From Fonticula alba ATCC 38817 (Eukaryota; Protista; Nucleariida), in the NCBI GenBank assembly GCA_000388065.2, contig KB932207.1: DNA of 13,992 bases; one strand, given 5' to 3'. Under the pieces are notes generated by a model that did not search any database, had not been told where the DNA came from, and saw only the letters and a list, made by a program, of their open reading frames with translations. Below are positions 1 to 9,154 of the stretch, one piece after another. Both the position numbers and the translations under genes were made by a program. The stretch's first letter is position 1. Every line of letters starts with the position of its first letter.

Positions 1-179
1 CCCCCCCCCTCGGCCAGGAGGGCAGCCCCCCGGGGCCGTGCGGGCTCCTGCGTGGGTCCCGGGCCACCACACGTCTCGCGAACGCGTGAGTGTGCTGGTC
101 CTTGCACGCCAGCGCAAATATGGACGCACGTGCCGGGCCTTTTTTTTTTTTGCTCTGCCCGGGGGCGCCCCGAACACAC

Positions 180-220
180 ATGAGGATCTAGGCGACCGTG
201 GTTGTGGGGGACGTCGGCTC
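180..220 (-). CDS. Putative 41-nt exon of the large gene (G-ADVPHNHGRLDPH); the gene may continue beyond the window start
   Basis: Acceptor TACAG| at 222-221 is the first AG after CACTGAC (342-336). The phase-1 reading is His-rich like the rest of the protein. A possible donor is CAT|GTGTGT at 179. An alternative phase-0 reading is EPTSPTTTVA* (stop at 190-188). Confidence 0.45.
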
Positions 221-335
221 CTGTATGTGTGCGTAGGCACATGCATCCAAGAGCCCGCCCCGGCCGGTGCGCGGTGTATAAATTTTAAATGACAACATAT
301 GTATGTGTGTGAGTGTGTGTGATGCCACAAGCGGA

Positions 336-342
336 GTCAGTG
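336..342 (-). promoter_or_regulatory. Predicted branch point CACTGAC (A at 337) for the acceptor at 221
   Basis: It lies about 12 nt inside the upstream edge of a 126-nt AG-free zone. Confidence 0.55.
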
Positions 343-886
343 GAAATGCTCCAGGGAGGAGATGTGCAGGCAGGCGCACAAGTGCCCACACGCGTGCACA
401 CGCTCTCTGGTACCCTCCCCCCCCCCGGAATGGCGGTGCGCCTCCGGGCTCCATACACTGACGCGCACCTTCTTCCGAGTGTCCCCGCATCGCCCGTGTG
501 TGTCCTTGTGTGATGTCCGGCGCGGTGGTGGGCGGGCACGCTTGCTGCACCCCCCTCTCCGCAGGAGGAGGAGGAGCAACAGCAGTAAGGCATTGCGTGT
601 GCATACACGCACAGGAAACACACGCACAAGACTGATGAATGGCAAAATGGCGGCCTGCACAGGTGCACGGCATCAAAGGTGGGGACACAGATGGGAGCCA
701 CCCACTCATGCAGGTGCACAGTTTCATGCGCGCGCGCACATGTGTGGCAGTGGCTCCCCTTCTCGCGCGCCTCTCCCTTCTCCTCCGGCTCCCGTGCAGT
801 TCTCTCTCTCAAAAACAAAGCCGCTCCTCTTCCTCTCGCAGGAGAGAGAGAGAAGGAGGAGAGTGTTTGTCTCTTCCCGCCATTAC

Positions 887-906
887 CGCGACACGCCCAC
901 GCTTCC
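887..906 (-). CDS. Putative 20-nt micro-exon of the large gene (M-EAWACR-G)
   Basis: Acceptor TTCAG| at 908-907 is the first AG after ACCTGAC (1132-1126), across a 238-nt AG-free zone. Donor is CGC G|GTAATG (GT at 886-885). The phase 2 to phase 1 exon links both neighbours in frame. An alternative phase-0 reading GSVGVSR* cannot be excluded. Confidence 0.5.
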
Positions 907-991
907 CTGAAGGCGCATTTGCGCCCGCGGACCGCGCGCAAGGTGGATTGTCGCGACCGCCGTCCCCGCACGTACGCGCCCCGCGCGCGCG

Positions 992-998
<7 letters not shown>

Positions 999-1028
<30 letters not shown>
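999..1028. repeat. (GT)15 microsatellite
   Basis: Read directly from the sequence. Confidence 0.95.
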
Positions 1029-1029
<1 letters not shown>

Positions 1030-1125
1030 CGAGGTGCCCGTGTGTTTGTCACGTCCATGGCGATTGCGTGAGCACGGGAAAGGGCGAGCGAAAGGTGCAC
1101 CATGGTTGGTGTGTTGCCGGATGTG

Positions 1126-1132
1126 GTCAGGT
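1126..1132 (-). promoter_or_regulatory. Predicted distant branch point ACCTGAC (A at 1127) for the acceptor at 907
   Basis: It lies about 20 nt inside the upstream edge of a 238-nt AG-free zone. Confidence 0.6.
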
Positions 1133-1506
1133 TTCCGCCGAGCGGCCTCCTAGAGTGCGGGAGAGAGAAGCATCCCCCCTCCCCTTCCCCCGCGAGGCAG
1201 CCGCGCATGCGAATGTCTGGAGGTGTGGCTTCTCCTCTCTCCCTGCTGCCCTGTCGGCGCGTGATAGACCAGCCTGCGAGAGGGTGTCGCTTGGCCATGC
1301 GGCGCACCTTCTTTCTCTCTCTCACTCACACACACTCTCTCTCTCTGTCTGGGTGTGTGGCCAGAGGCATTCAGTGCACTGGGGCACACGCATGCAGAGC
1401 CAGGCTCCTGCCCCCTTTTCCCCTCGCCCTGGGGTCTGCCCCCTGGATTCCCCTCCGGGGGGGGGGGGGGGGCGCGGAGGACACGCGACTGCGCACTCGA
1501 CCTCAC

Positions 1507-1848
1507 ATGCGACGCTCATCGGGCCGCAGGGGGATGGTGTTCTCGCGCGCGCGCACGGTCTCGCTGAAGCGCAGGTCATCGTAGGAGTAGTCGTCGGGCT
1601 TCATCCAGCCACCGGAGTCGCTGCCCTGCCGGCGGTCCGCCTTGGCCCCGAACTGGCGCTCGGTGTGGGTCCACTCATCCGCCAGCCGGCGGTAGGTGTC
1701 CTCCTGCCACTCGCCGGGGGTGCTGGGAGGGTGGAGGCGGCGGTAGGGCATCTCCTCGGCCGAGGTGTCGGCACCCGAGCGGCCATGGCGCTCCGGCATG
1801 CGGAACCCCTCGCGCTGGTGGTGCTGCCGGCTGTCAAGGTGATGGTCG
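1507..1848 (-). CDS. Next exon (342 nt, phase 2 to phase 2) of the large gene: ..SSH-I-DHHLDSRQHHQREGFRMPERHGRSGADT..PLRPDERR
   Basis: Acceptor ACAG| at 1850-1849 follows an AG-free intron with CACTGAC at 2159-2153. AT+C joins in frame as Ile. Composition (His/Asp/Arg-rich) and codon bias match the main exon. It ends at CGC AT|GTGAGG (GT at 1506-1505), or alternatively at the in-frame TGA at 1505-1503. Confidence 0.8.
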
Positions 1849-1894
1849 CTGTGTCACATCCGGCAAGGGGCGATGTGGTGTTTTGTGTGTGGGC

Positions 1895-1916
1895 GTGTGT
1901 GTGTGTGTGTGTGTGT
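1895..1916. repeat. (GT)11 microsatellite
   Basis: Read directly from the sequence. Confidence 0.95.
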
Positions 1917-2152
1917 GGGCGTGTGTGGATGCGCGCGCGAGCGCGTTTCCGGGAACACACGCCCGATCGCGGAGGCAGGGGGCGCCGCGGCGCGAGCGAA
2001 GCGCAGCGGTAACAGGCGGAAGGTGAGGAGAGGTGGATCGATGGCAGGAGGACGGGGAAGAGGGGGGAGGGAGAGGGCGGAGGGGCACGAAGAGTGGGTG
2101 TCGGGTGCGTAGGCGCGCAGAAGAAGAAGAAGTAGAAGAGGCAGGGACCGCG

Positions 2153-2159
2153 GTCAGTG
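2153..2159 (-). promoter_or_regulatory. Predicted distant branch point CACTGAC (A at 2154) for the acceptor at 1849
   Basis: It lies in an intron with no AG in its sequenced part. The first AG downstream (305 nt) gives an in-frame exon. Confidence 0.65.
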
Positions 2160-2230
2160 TGTGCGCACAACGAAGGGCCATGGCGGCAGGGGGAGAAGGG
2201 CGGGCAGCGGGCGCAGAGGCGGGAGGGGGG

Positions 2231-2265
2231 NNNNNNNNNNNNNNNNNNNNNNNNNNNNNNNNNNN
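2231..2265. other. Assembly gap (35 N) inside an intron
   Basis: The N run is flanked on both sides by GCAGAGGCGGG(G)AGGG, suggesting an unresolved short tandem repeat. Confidence 0.95.
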
Positions 2266-2315
2266 GCGGGCAGAGGCGGGGAGGGAGGATCATCGATCAG
2301 CCGCCGGATCATCAC

Positions 2316-3133
2316 ATGTGGCTGGACGCCGTCGGCCGGGGCGGCGGCTGCTGCTGCTGCTGGTACTGCGGATCGCCGGTGTACTGCGCGGACAGGTCGG
2401 CCCGGCCCTGCTGGAACTCGGCCATGGAGTCGGAATCCTGGCGCGGGGACAGGCCGCTGACACTGGCCCGAAGGGCCGAGTCGGCGGAGTGCGTCAGCTT
2501 CTCGGCACGGCGGTGCGCCCGGCCGTCATACTCGGACGCCCGGGCCAGCTCGGTGGCCGTGCTGCTGTGCGGGGTCACCGTGAACCGGGCATTGCGGCTG
2601 TCCGCATGCCGGGCCACGCGGTCGCTGTCGAAGTCCCCGGCCACCGCCTTGGCGGCCTGGCGCTCGGCCGAGCTCAACGGCCGGAAGTAGTTGTTCAGCA
2701 GGTTGCGCTTTTGCCCGGTGTCGGACTGGTCGCCGGGCAGCGGCGCCGCTGCCCCATGCGGCGTGGCCAAGTTCTTGCGCGGCGACGAGGGGGACGACGA
2801 CCGGCGGCCGGCGGCGGCGGCGGTGCCGCGCCGACCCCGCGCCATCGCCCGGCCGCCCAGCGGCGCCGACCACAACTGCCCGCCGGGCGCCCGGTCGGCG
2901 AAGACCTCCGGGCCGGGGGAACTCCCGCCGGCGTTGGGGCCCACCCCGGCCGGCGGGTACAGCCGGCTCACGTCCTCCTGATTGACGACGCCATCCTTGC
3001 CGATGCTCAGGGTGCTGATGGTGTTCCAGTCCTGGGCGCTGCCAAACTCCCCGGGCGAGGAGAGCGGGCTGCCCATGAAGGAGGACGACACCCAGGGCGT
3101 GATGATTCCCTCCCCCGTATAGCGCTCACTGTA

Positions 3134-3165
<32 letters not shown>

Positions 3166-6100
3166 GGTCGCGGCGGCGGCTGCTGCTGCTCATGTCCTCG
3201 TGCTGGCCGCCGGCCATGGATGTCCGGCTGGAGGAGGGGGACGCCGCCCGGGTGGACCCGGTCGAGGAGGAGTGCAGCTCCGGCCGGCGGTAGTGCTGGT
3301 GCGTTTGGCCGCCGGCGGCCGCCGGCGAGGTGGACCGGCCGGAGGCCTGGTACCCGGGGGCCGCGGCGTCGGCCATCTCCGTCTCGTAGTGGTGGGCCGC
3401 GGAGTGGCGGTCGGTGGAGCTGGCGGCGTCCACCGCGTGGCCGGCCATGGGCCGGGCATTGGAGGCCCACGGCCAGAAGCCGGTCAGCATGCCGCCGGCC
3501 TTGCGCTGGCCCTCGGACATGAAGCGCCCCTCCTGGGCCTCGGCGCCGGTGGAGGACTTGGACCGGATGTGGTGGTCCACCGACATCGGGTGGGCGCCGA
3601 AGATGCTGGCCCCGCCGTCGGCCGCCGGGTTGGGCGGGCTGCTGCTGGCGCGGCCGGCGCCCAGGCTGAAGGCCGCGCGCTGCTGCGCGTCGGCATGGTG
3701 CGACTCCGGCCTCGGGGCCGAGGAGTAGCCGGACGACTCGCTGCGGGCCTTGCCATCATCGGCTTGGCGCTGCTGGCGGTCGGTGGCCGCCGCCGAGGAG
3801 GCGTCGTCGGCCTTCTTCCGCCCCGCCAGGGCCTCGGCGCTGGCCTTCTCCGCCTCGCGGGCCTTGCGCTCGCTCTCCAGCTTGTCGGTTTCCGCGCGGT
3901 TCTCCACCCACTCGCGGTTGATGCGCTTCGGGTCGCTGCCGGCGGTCAGGCTGCTGGCCATGTCGACCACGGCCTGGGCAATGCGCGGCAGGTGGTCCAC
4001 CGCGCGGGTGCGCTGCGCCCAAATGGGCGTGGCATTGGCCAGGTGCTCATTCGGCACGGCCTTCGGGTTGGCGGCGATGTGGTTCTGGCCGGCCTCCATC
4101 CGGCGGTTGACCTCGGCCATGCTCCAGGACCCGGTGTCGGTCGGGTCCTGGGACTGCGGCCGCACGCCGCCGTGGATCAGCTCGTCCAGCGGCCCCAGCG
4201 GCAGGCGCTTGGGCCGGGCGTACTTGGCGCACTCCGGCGAGGCGGTCCGCTTGGCGGACGTCCGGTCCATGGCGCTGAGCCCGGGCTTGCCGATGACCGC
4301 CGGGTCGATGAGCTTCTTCCGGGCGGCCAGGTCCTCGGGGTCCATGTCGCCCTCCAGGGTGTCATACCGGTTGTAATGGTGGTCCCCCTCGCGGCGCTCA
4401 TGGTGGTGGTCATGGTGGTGGTGCTGGCGCGAGAAGGCCCCGCCGGGGGGCCCCCCATCGCGGTCGGTCTTGGCCCCGTCGACCAGCTGGTGGCGGGCCT
4501 CGTCGAAGGCCTCGCGGCCGGCCTGCACCGCCTTGCCCACCACGGTGCCCATCTTGTCGGCCACCTCGCCGGCCACCTGGCCGATGTCCTTCCGGCCGGA
4601 GGACAAGTCGCGCTGGATGCTGTGCACCTCGTGCTTGAGCACGGCGCGCGCCACGTCCGCCTTGTCGGCCAGCGACTGGGCCGTGTCGGAGAGGGCCCGG
4701 CGGGCCCCGTCGGCCAGCGACTCGGCCGAGTCCTTGACCGCCTCGGCGGCCGGCCGCACCGCATTGGCCGCCTGGTGGGCGGCATCCGCCGCCGGGGTGG
4801 CCTGCCCGGTGAAGGCCTCCTTGAGGGAGGTCAGCACGCTGGCCATGACGCCGGGCTTGTCCGCGCCGTGGCTGGCCGCCGCCGTGGCGTCGCGCCCATC
4901 AGCAGCGGCATCATGGCGGTACCGGTGGTCGGCCATGCCGCGGTCGCGCCGCTGCTGGTGCAGCAGGTGCCGGTCGCCGCCGGCGGCATCCGGCGACGCG
5001 TGGAAGCCCCCATCCTCATCCATGCGGCGGTGCTCATCCAAGTACTTCCGGCGGTTGCCCTCGGTCATCTTCATCATCTGCCAGTCGTCGGCATCGCGGT
5101 CGTCATCGTGCAGCTGCCGCCGGTGGTAGTGCTGCTGCTCGTCCTCGAAGTGGCGAAAGGCCTCCCGGCGACGGTGGTGATCGAAGCCGGAGTCCCCCTC
5201 AAAGTCGCCGACCTGCTCGTCGGCGAAGCGGCGATTAGCGCCGGCCATGGGGCCGGCGCCCCGGCGAAAACCCGACTCGCCGGACAGGGACGTCGAGTAC
5301 TCGGAGTCGTGGTCGGCGTGGTGCGGCGCGAAGGAAGTCCGGCGGCCGTCCAGCTGGCTGAACCCGGCCCGCTGGTGGTGCCGGCGATCGGCGTCCATCA
5401 TCCGACGGTCATTGGTGAATTCGCTGTCGGCATCCTCGTAGGTGTAACGCGGCCCGGCCCGGCGCTGGGCCATGGCATGCTCGCGGTGGCCGCCCTCCTC
5501 CCCGCGCACCGGGTGCCGGTCGAAGTACTCCTGGGCCTCGTCGCCCATGCGCTCGGCCCAGCGCCGGGCGGCCCCGGCCGCGCGCTCCGACATCTCGGCC
5601 GCCCCGTCGACCAGGCGCTCGGCCCCGTGCTCCACGCGCTCGGCCAGACGCCGGGCCGAGGGGTACTCACTGTCGGCCAGGTCGCCCAGGTACCGCGACG
5701 CCGACCGGGCCATGCCGCGGCCCATGCGCTCGCCCTCCTCCAGGGCATGGTCCAGCTGCTGGCGCAGGCGCTGGCCATCGAAGGAGTCCAGCATGCTGCC
5801 GCCGGGGCCGGTGTCGTCCTCGTGGTGGCGGTAGTAGTGGTGGGAGGAGTGGCGGCGGCGCGAGGCCCGGCCGTCGGGGCCCTCGAAGTGGCGATCGTCC
5901 TCATGGTGCCGGGCGAAGTCCCGGTCGTCGTCATCATCATCATGCTGGCGGTGGCCGTAGTGGCTGTCGCGCTGGCGCTCGCGGCCGCCCTCCTCCTCGC
6001 GCATCATCATGCGCCGCTTGTCAGCATCATCATGCGGCATGGCCGTCGAGGACAGGGCGCTGGTCAGGCCCTCGGCCATCTGGCCGGCCGCGCGGCCGGC

Positions 6101-7453
6101 CTCATTCAAGGCCCCCGACAGGTCCCCATGGCGGATGTGGTCGAAGGCACGCGAGGCCCCGCGAGTCAGGGCGTCGCTGGCCCGGCGGGCGCCATCGGTC
6201 TGGGCCAGGCGCTCGCCGGCGTCCGCCAGCCGGTCGGCCACCTCGTCGCCGGCCTGGCGAATGGACCGGCGGCCGCGCTTCAGCGCATTGATGGCGTGCA
6301 TGGCCCCGCCGGCCAGGTCCCCGGAGGACACCGCCTCCAGGGTCTTCTGGCCCTCGCGCATGGCGCTGGTGGCATCCCGGCGCATGAGCTCCCCACGGGG
6401 GGACTTGGCCAGCTCGCCGAGGGCACGACCGCCCTCCTGCATCAGCTGGTCCACCATGCCGCCGGCGCTGGCGCTGGCCCCACCGCGGCCGGACAGCCGG
6501 GCCCCGGCACGCCACGACCGCTCGAAGTCCTCCACCTGCTGGCCGAAGCTGCGATCGCGCGGCGACGAGGCATACCCTCCCCGGGGCTCGTCGTCCTCGT
6601 AGTAGGACCCGCTGCCGGCGGCCCGGCGCCGATGGTCGGCCGACTGGCGCCAGCTGTCGCCACCATGGTGGTGGCGGCCGCCGTGGCGCATGCCACCGCC
6701 CCCGCTGCCGGCATGCTCGCCGTCATCATGGTCGAAGTGCTGGCGGCGGGAGAACCGCCCGGCCAGGCGCTCGCCGGCCCGCGGCGTCGGCGGCCCATAG
6801 TAGTGCCCATCGTGGCGCTCGGCCTCGAAGTCGGTGGGCGCGTCGTGGCGCGGGTCCTCCACCTCGATGTACTCGCCGGCGTCGCGCGGCCGGCCCCCCT
6901 CGTGGGTGCCGTAGAAGTTCCGCGGGGTCCCGTAGTCCGGGGCCCGGAAGTCCCCGGCGCCGGTGCTGCCCTTGCCGGTGTCCACCATGCGCCGGTGGCC
7001 GCCGAACATCGGGCTGCCGGAGGCCGGCGAGGCGGACGGCCGCGGGGTGGCCGGCATGCTGCTGGTCCCGCGCAGGGCCCCGCGCGCGCTCTCCGCCGCG
7101 CGCTCATTGTCCCGGCGCATCAGGTCGTAGTGGCTCCAGACCTGCTGCTCGTGCATGGTGTTGCGGCGCTGCTCCTCCTCCAGACGCCGGGTTTGGTAGA
7201 GCCGGCTCCGGTCGGTGCCGCCGGCCATGTCATCGTCGTGGCCGGTCGTCGGCCGGCTGGCCATGGTCGACAGCGGCCGGACGATGTCCACCGAGGCCGC
7301 GCCGTGGCGCATGCCGCGGCCGCTGCCGCTGCCGCCCTGGTGGTGGTGGTGGTGGTGGCTGCCGTGGTGCTGCTCGCCGTGGCTCCCGCGGTACGTCATG
7401 CCCCCGGACACAAGCGACCGGGTGGTGGAGGTGGAGTAGAAGCGCGAGCCATT
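2316..7453 (-). CDS. Main 5138-nt exon of a very large, mostly disordered His/Asp/Arg/Gly-rich hydrophilin-like protein with LEA-like amphipathic helical blocks; no family recognised
   Basis: The frame is open from acceptor CAG|AAT (AG at 7455-7454; reads NGSRFYSTSTTRSLVSGGMTYRG) to the phase-2 donor CAC AT|GTGATG (GT at 2315-2314). Codons end strongly in G/C. The first in-frame ATG is at 7399; the ORF-track 'start' at 7411 is a GTG. An in-frame TAA just upstream of the acceptor bounds the exon. Confidence 0.9.
3135..3164. repeat. (CTG)10 coding trinucleotide repeat, read as poly-Ser (AGC) in the large protein
   Basis: Read directly; the protein reads DRSSSSSSSSSRY. Confidence 0.95.
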
Positions 7454-7708
7454 CTGCCGTCCGGAGCGTTACCCCAGCCAGCAGCCGAAGTGTGGCGGTT
7501 TCGGCCCGCCCCCCCCCCCGCCACCCCGCGCACCCGGACCCCGAGAGCGTCACAGGAGGCGTTCGCCGGGGGTGGCGGCGCATGTGCGCGCGTGGCCGAT
7601 ATCCCGATCCGCCCCGAGGCGCAGCAAGCGGGGCCCGCCGCAACAGGGGCACAACACGCGATCGCGGCGCGCAAACACACACGAACACGGACAACGCACG
7701 GGGACATG

Positions 7709-7739
<31 letters not shown>

Positions 7740-7745
7740 ACACAC
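7709..7745. repeat. (CA)n microsatellite with one TA interruption
   Basis: Read directly from the sequence. Confidence 0.95.
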
Positions 7746-8063
7746 GAGCAAACGGACACACGAACCCCGTCGCAGATGGCGCAGCAGGGCAAAAGAGAAA
7801 GAAGCGCGGCGAAAGAGGAGGGCGGGCACGACGGTGTCGTGGCCGGGCGCGCAGCGCGCGTGCCGGATGGTGCGACACACGAAAACAGGCGCGCGCACGT
7901 CCGCATGGCGGGGGAGGGGGTGCGGCGTGCGCGGACATGTATGGGCGTATTCGTTTGTAGGAGAAAGCACCACACCCGATGGCGATATGGGCCGGGAGGC
8001 AAAGGGCGGTATAATGCGGCGGCGGGGGGCGTGGTTCGAGGGATGGTTTTGCAAGAGTCGCCA

Positions 8064-8070
8064 GTCAGTG
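8064..8070 (-). promoter_or_regulatory. Predicted distant branch point CACTGAC (A at 8065) for the acceptor at 7454
   Basis: It lies near the upstream edge of a 642-nt AG-free zone (8097-7456). The first AG downstream opens the large exon. Confidence 0.65.
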
Positions 8071-8741
8071 GATGGGTTTGGGGTTGGGTTTTTTTTTCTT
8101 GTCTGTCTGCTTGCTTGCGCGTGTGCTTGCTTCGCCTGGGATATGTGCGCGCGCCCGCGCGCAGGAGCCAAGAAGGAAGTACGAGAAAGAGAGGAAGGGC
8201 GCAGGGCCAAGGAATAGAAAGCAGGCAGGGCGGCCATCAAACGGCCAGGCCCCTTTCTTCCGGGGGCGAGCCGAGCACCAAGCACGCGCGCTATCCCGCA
8301 TCATGGGGACCAGGCACACATGCGCCGGGGGGACACCAGGCAGACGGTCCCCACCCGTGGAAAGCAACCCGCCCTGGCTCGCGACGGGCGCCGGCGTCGC
8401 CCGCCCCCCCGCCCCCCCGCCCCCCCTTCCCCCCGCGAACAGCGGCGCACGCCTCGCACGCGAACGTCGATCGGAGGAGGAGCCCTGTGTCGTCGAGCAG
8501 GTGCGCAGGCGGCACACGCCCGAATGTGCATGGGACGGTGCGCGACCATGCGCGGGGGGGGGGGGGGGGGGCCGGAGAAGCGTGGCAGCAACCTGTGCAT
8601 GGTGCGCGCGCATCGCAATCTGCACGGGTCGAGAGGGCGTCTGACACAGACCGGTGGCCAGTGTAAGCAAGCCTACTTGCGCGCCTGGGCAAATATCACA
8701 CACAGGTATTCACACACACACATGTTCATGGAGATGCTAAC

Positions 8742-8888
8742 TGGCTGAACTGTGCGAGCGCATTTTTCGGCGCCCCAGGAGGCAGCGCGCAGGCCGAAGG
8801 GCCTGGGCTGACATCGTCCTGCACACCGGAGGAGCGGCTGGGCCTCCGCGACTCTCTCGAGCTCGGGGTTTGGGGCAAATGCCCCTGA
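8742..8888 (-). CDS. Candidate upstream exon of the large gene (SGAFAPNPELERV..CARTVQP)
   Basis: A pyrimidine tract precedes CACAG| (AG at 8890-8889). The 147 nt are open and end at the phase-0 donor CCA|GTTAGC, matching the phase-0 acceptor at 7453. Codon bias is mixed, so it could be a UTR exon. Confidence 0.25.
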
Positions 8889-9031
8889 CTGTGTGGGGAA
8901 AAAAAACAAAGGAAGGAGCATGCATATGCACACTTCGTGCGCACCGTGGGCCTGCGCACAAACGCATGTCCCTGCGCACGCTCGCGCACGGACACATGCG
9001 CATCTTTGCCCACAATCTCATGTACACTCAC

Positions 9032-9154
9032 CCACAATCGCGCACACCGACTGGCCCCCCCCCCGAGCCTGCGCGCGGGAGGGGAGAATCTGCTGCCTGC
9101 CGCCGTACGCCGCCCAATAAGCAAGCGAATGGCCAAAAAACGGCCATACAACAT
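9032..9154 (-). CDS. Candidate first exon of the large gene (MLYGRFLAIRLLIGRRTAAGSRFSPPARRLGGGASRCARLW)
   Basis: ATG at 9154 begins 41 Arg-rich, acid-free codons ending at the canonical phase-0 donor TGG|GTGAGT (GT at 9031-9030). The start context is weak and the codons are AT-rich. Confidence 0.22.

Noticed and set aside
277-479. Plus-strand TATAAAT, ATG ACA ACA TAT|GTATGT and CACTGAC..GAG as a small plus-strand gene
   Set aside because: The spliced product is a short Cys/Val-rich peptide without the local codon bias, and the region is better explained as a minus-strand intron.
1503-1799. 98-aa ORF as an independent gene
   Set aside because: The frame stays open upstream of its ATG to an acceptor at 1849 and joins the large exon in frame, so it is better explained as an exon.
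2312-2317. Repeated 'Met-Stop' (ATG TGA) endings at 2317-2312 and 1508-1503 as a special signal
   Set aside because: Any phase-2 intron starting GTGA puts TGA in frame automatically, so this is an expected consequence of the donor sequence.
2033-7960. 1975-aa plus-strand ORF
   Set aside because: It is in exact codon register antisense to the real gene. Stops there would need TTA, CTA or TCA sense codons, which are rare with G/C-ending codon bias. It also runs through the N gap and microsatellites, so it is a shadow ORF.
8183-8237. MAALPAFYSLALRPSSLS as the large gene's presequence exon
   Set aside because: Its only donor before the branch point (C|GTACTT) is phase 1 and would join the wrong frame, which stops at 7230.
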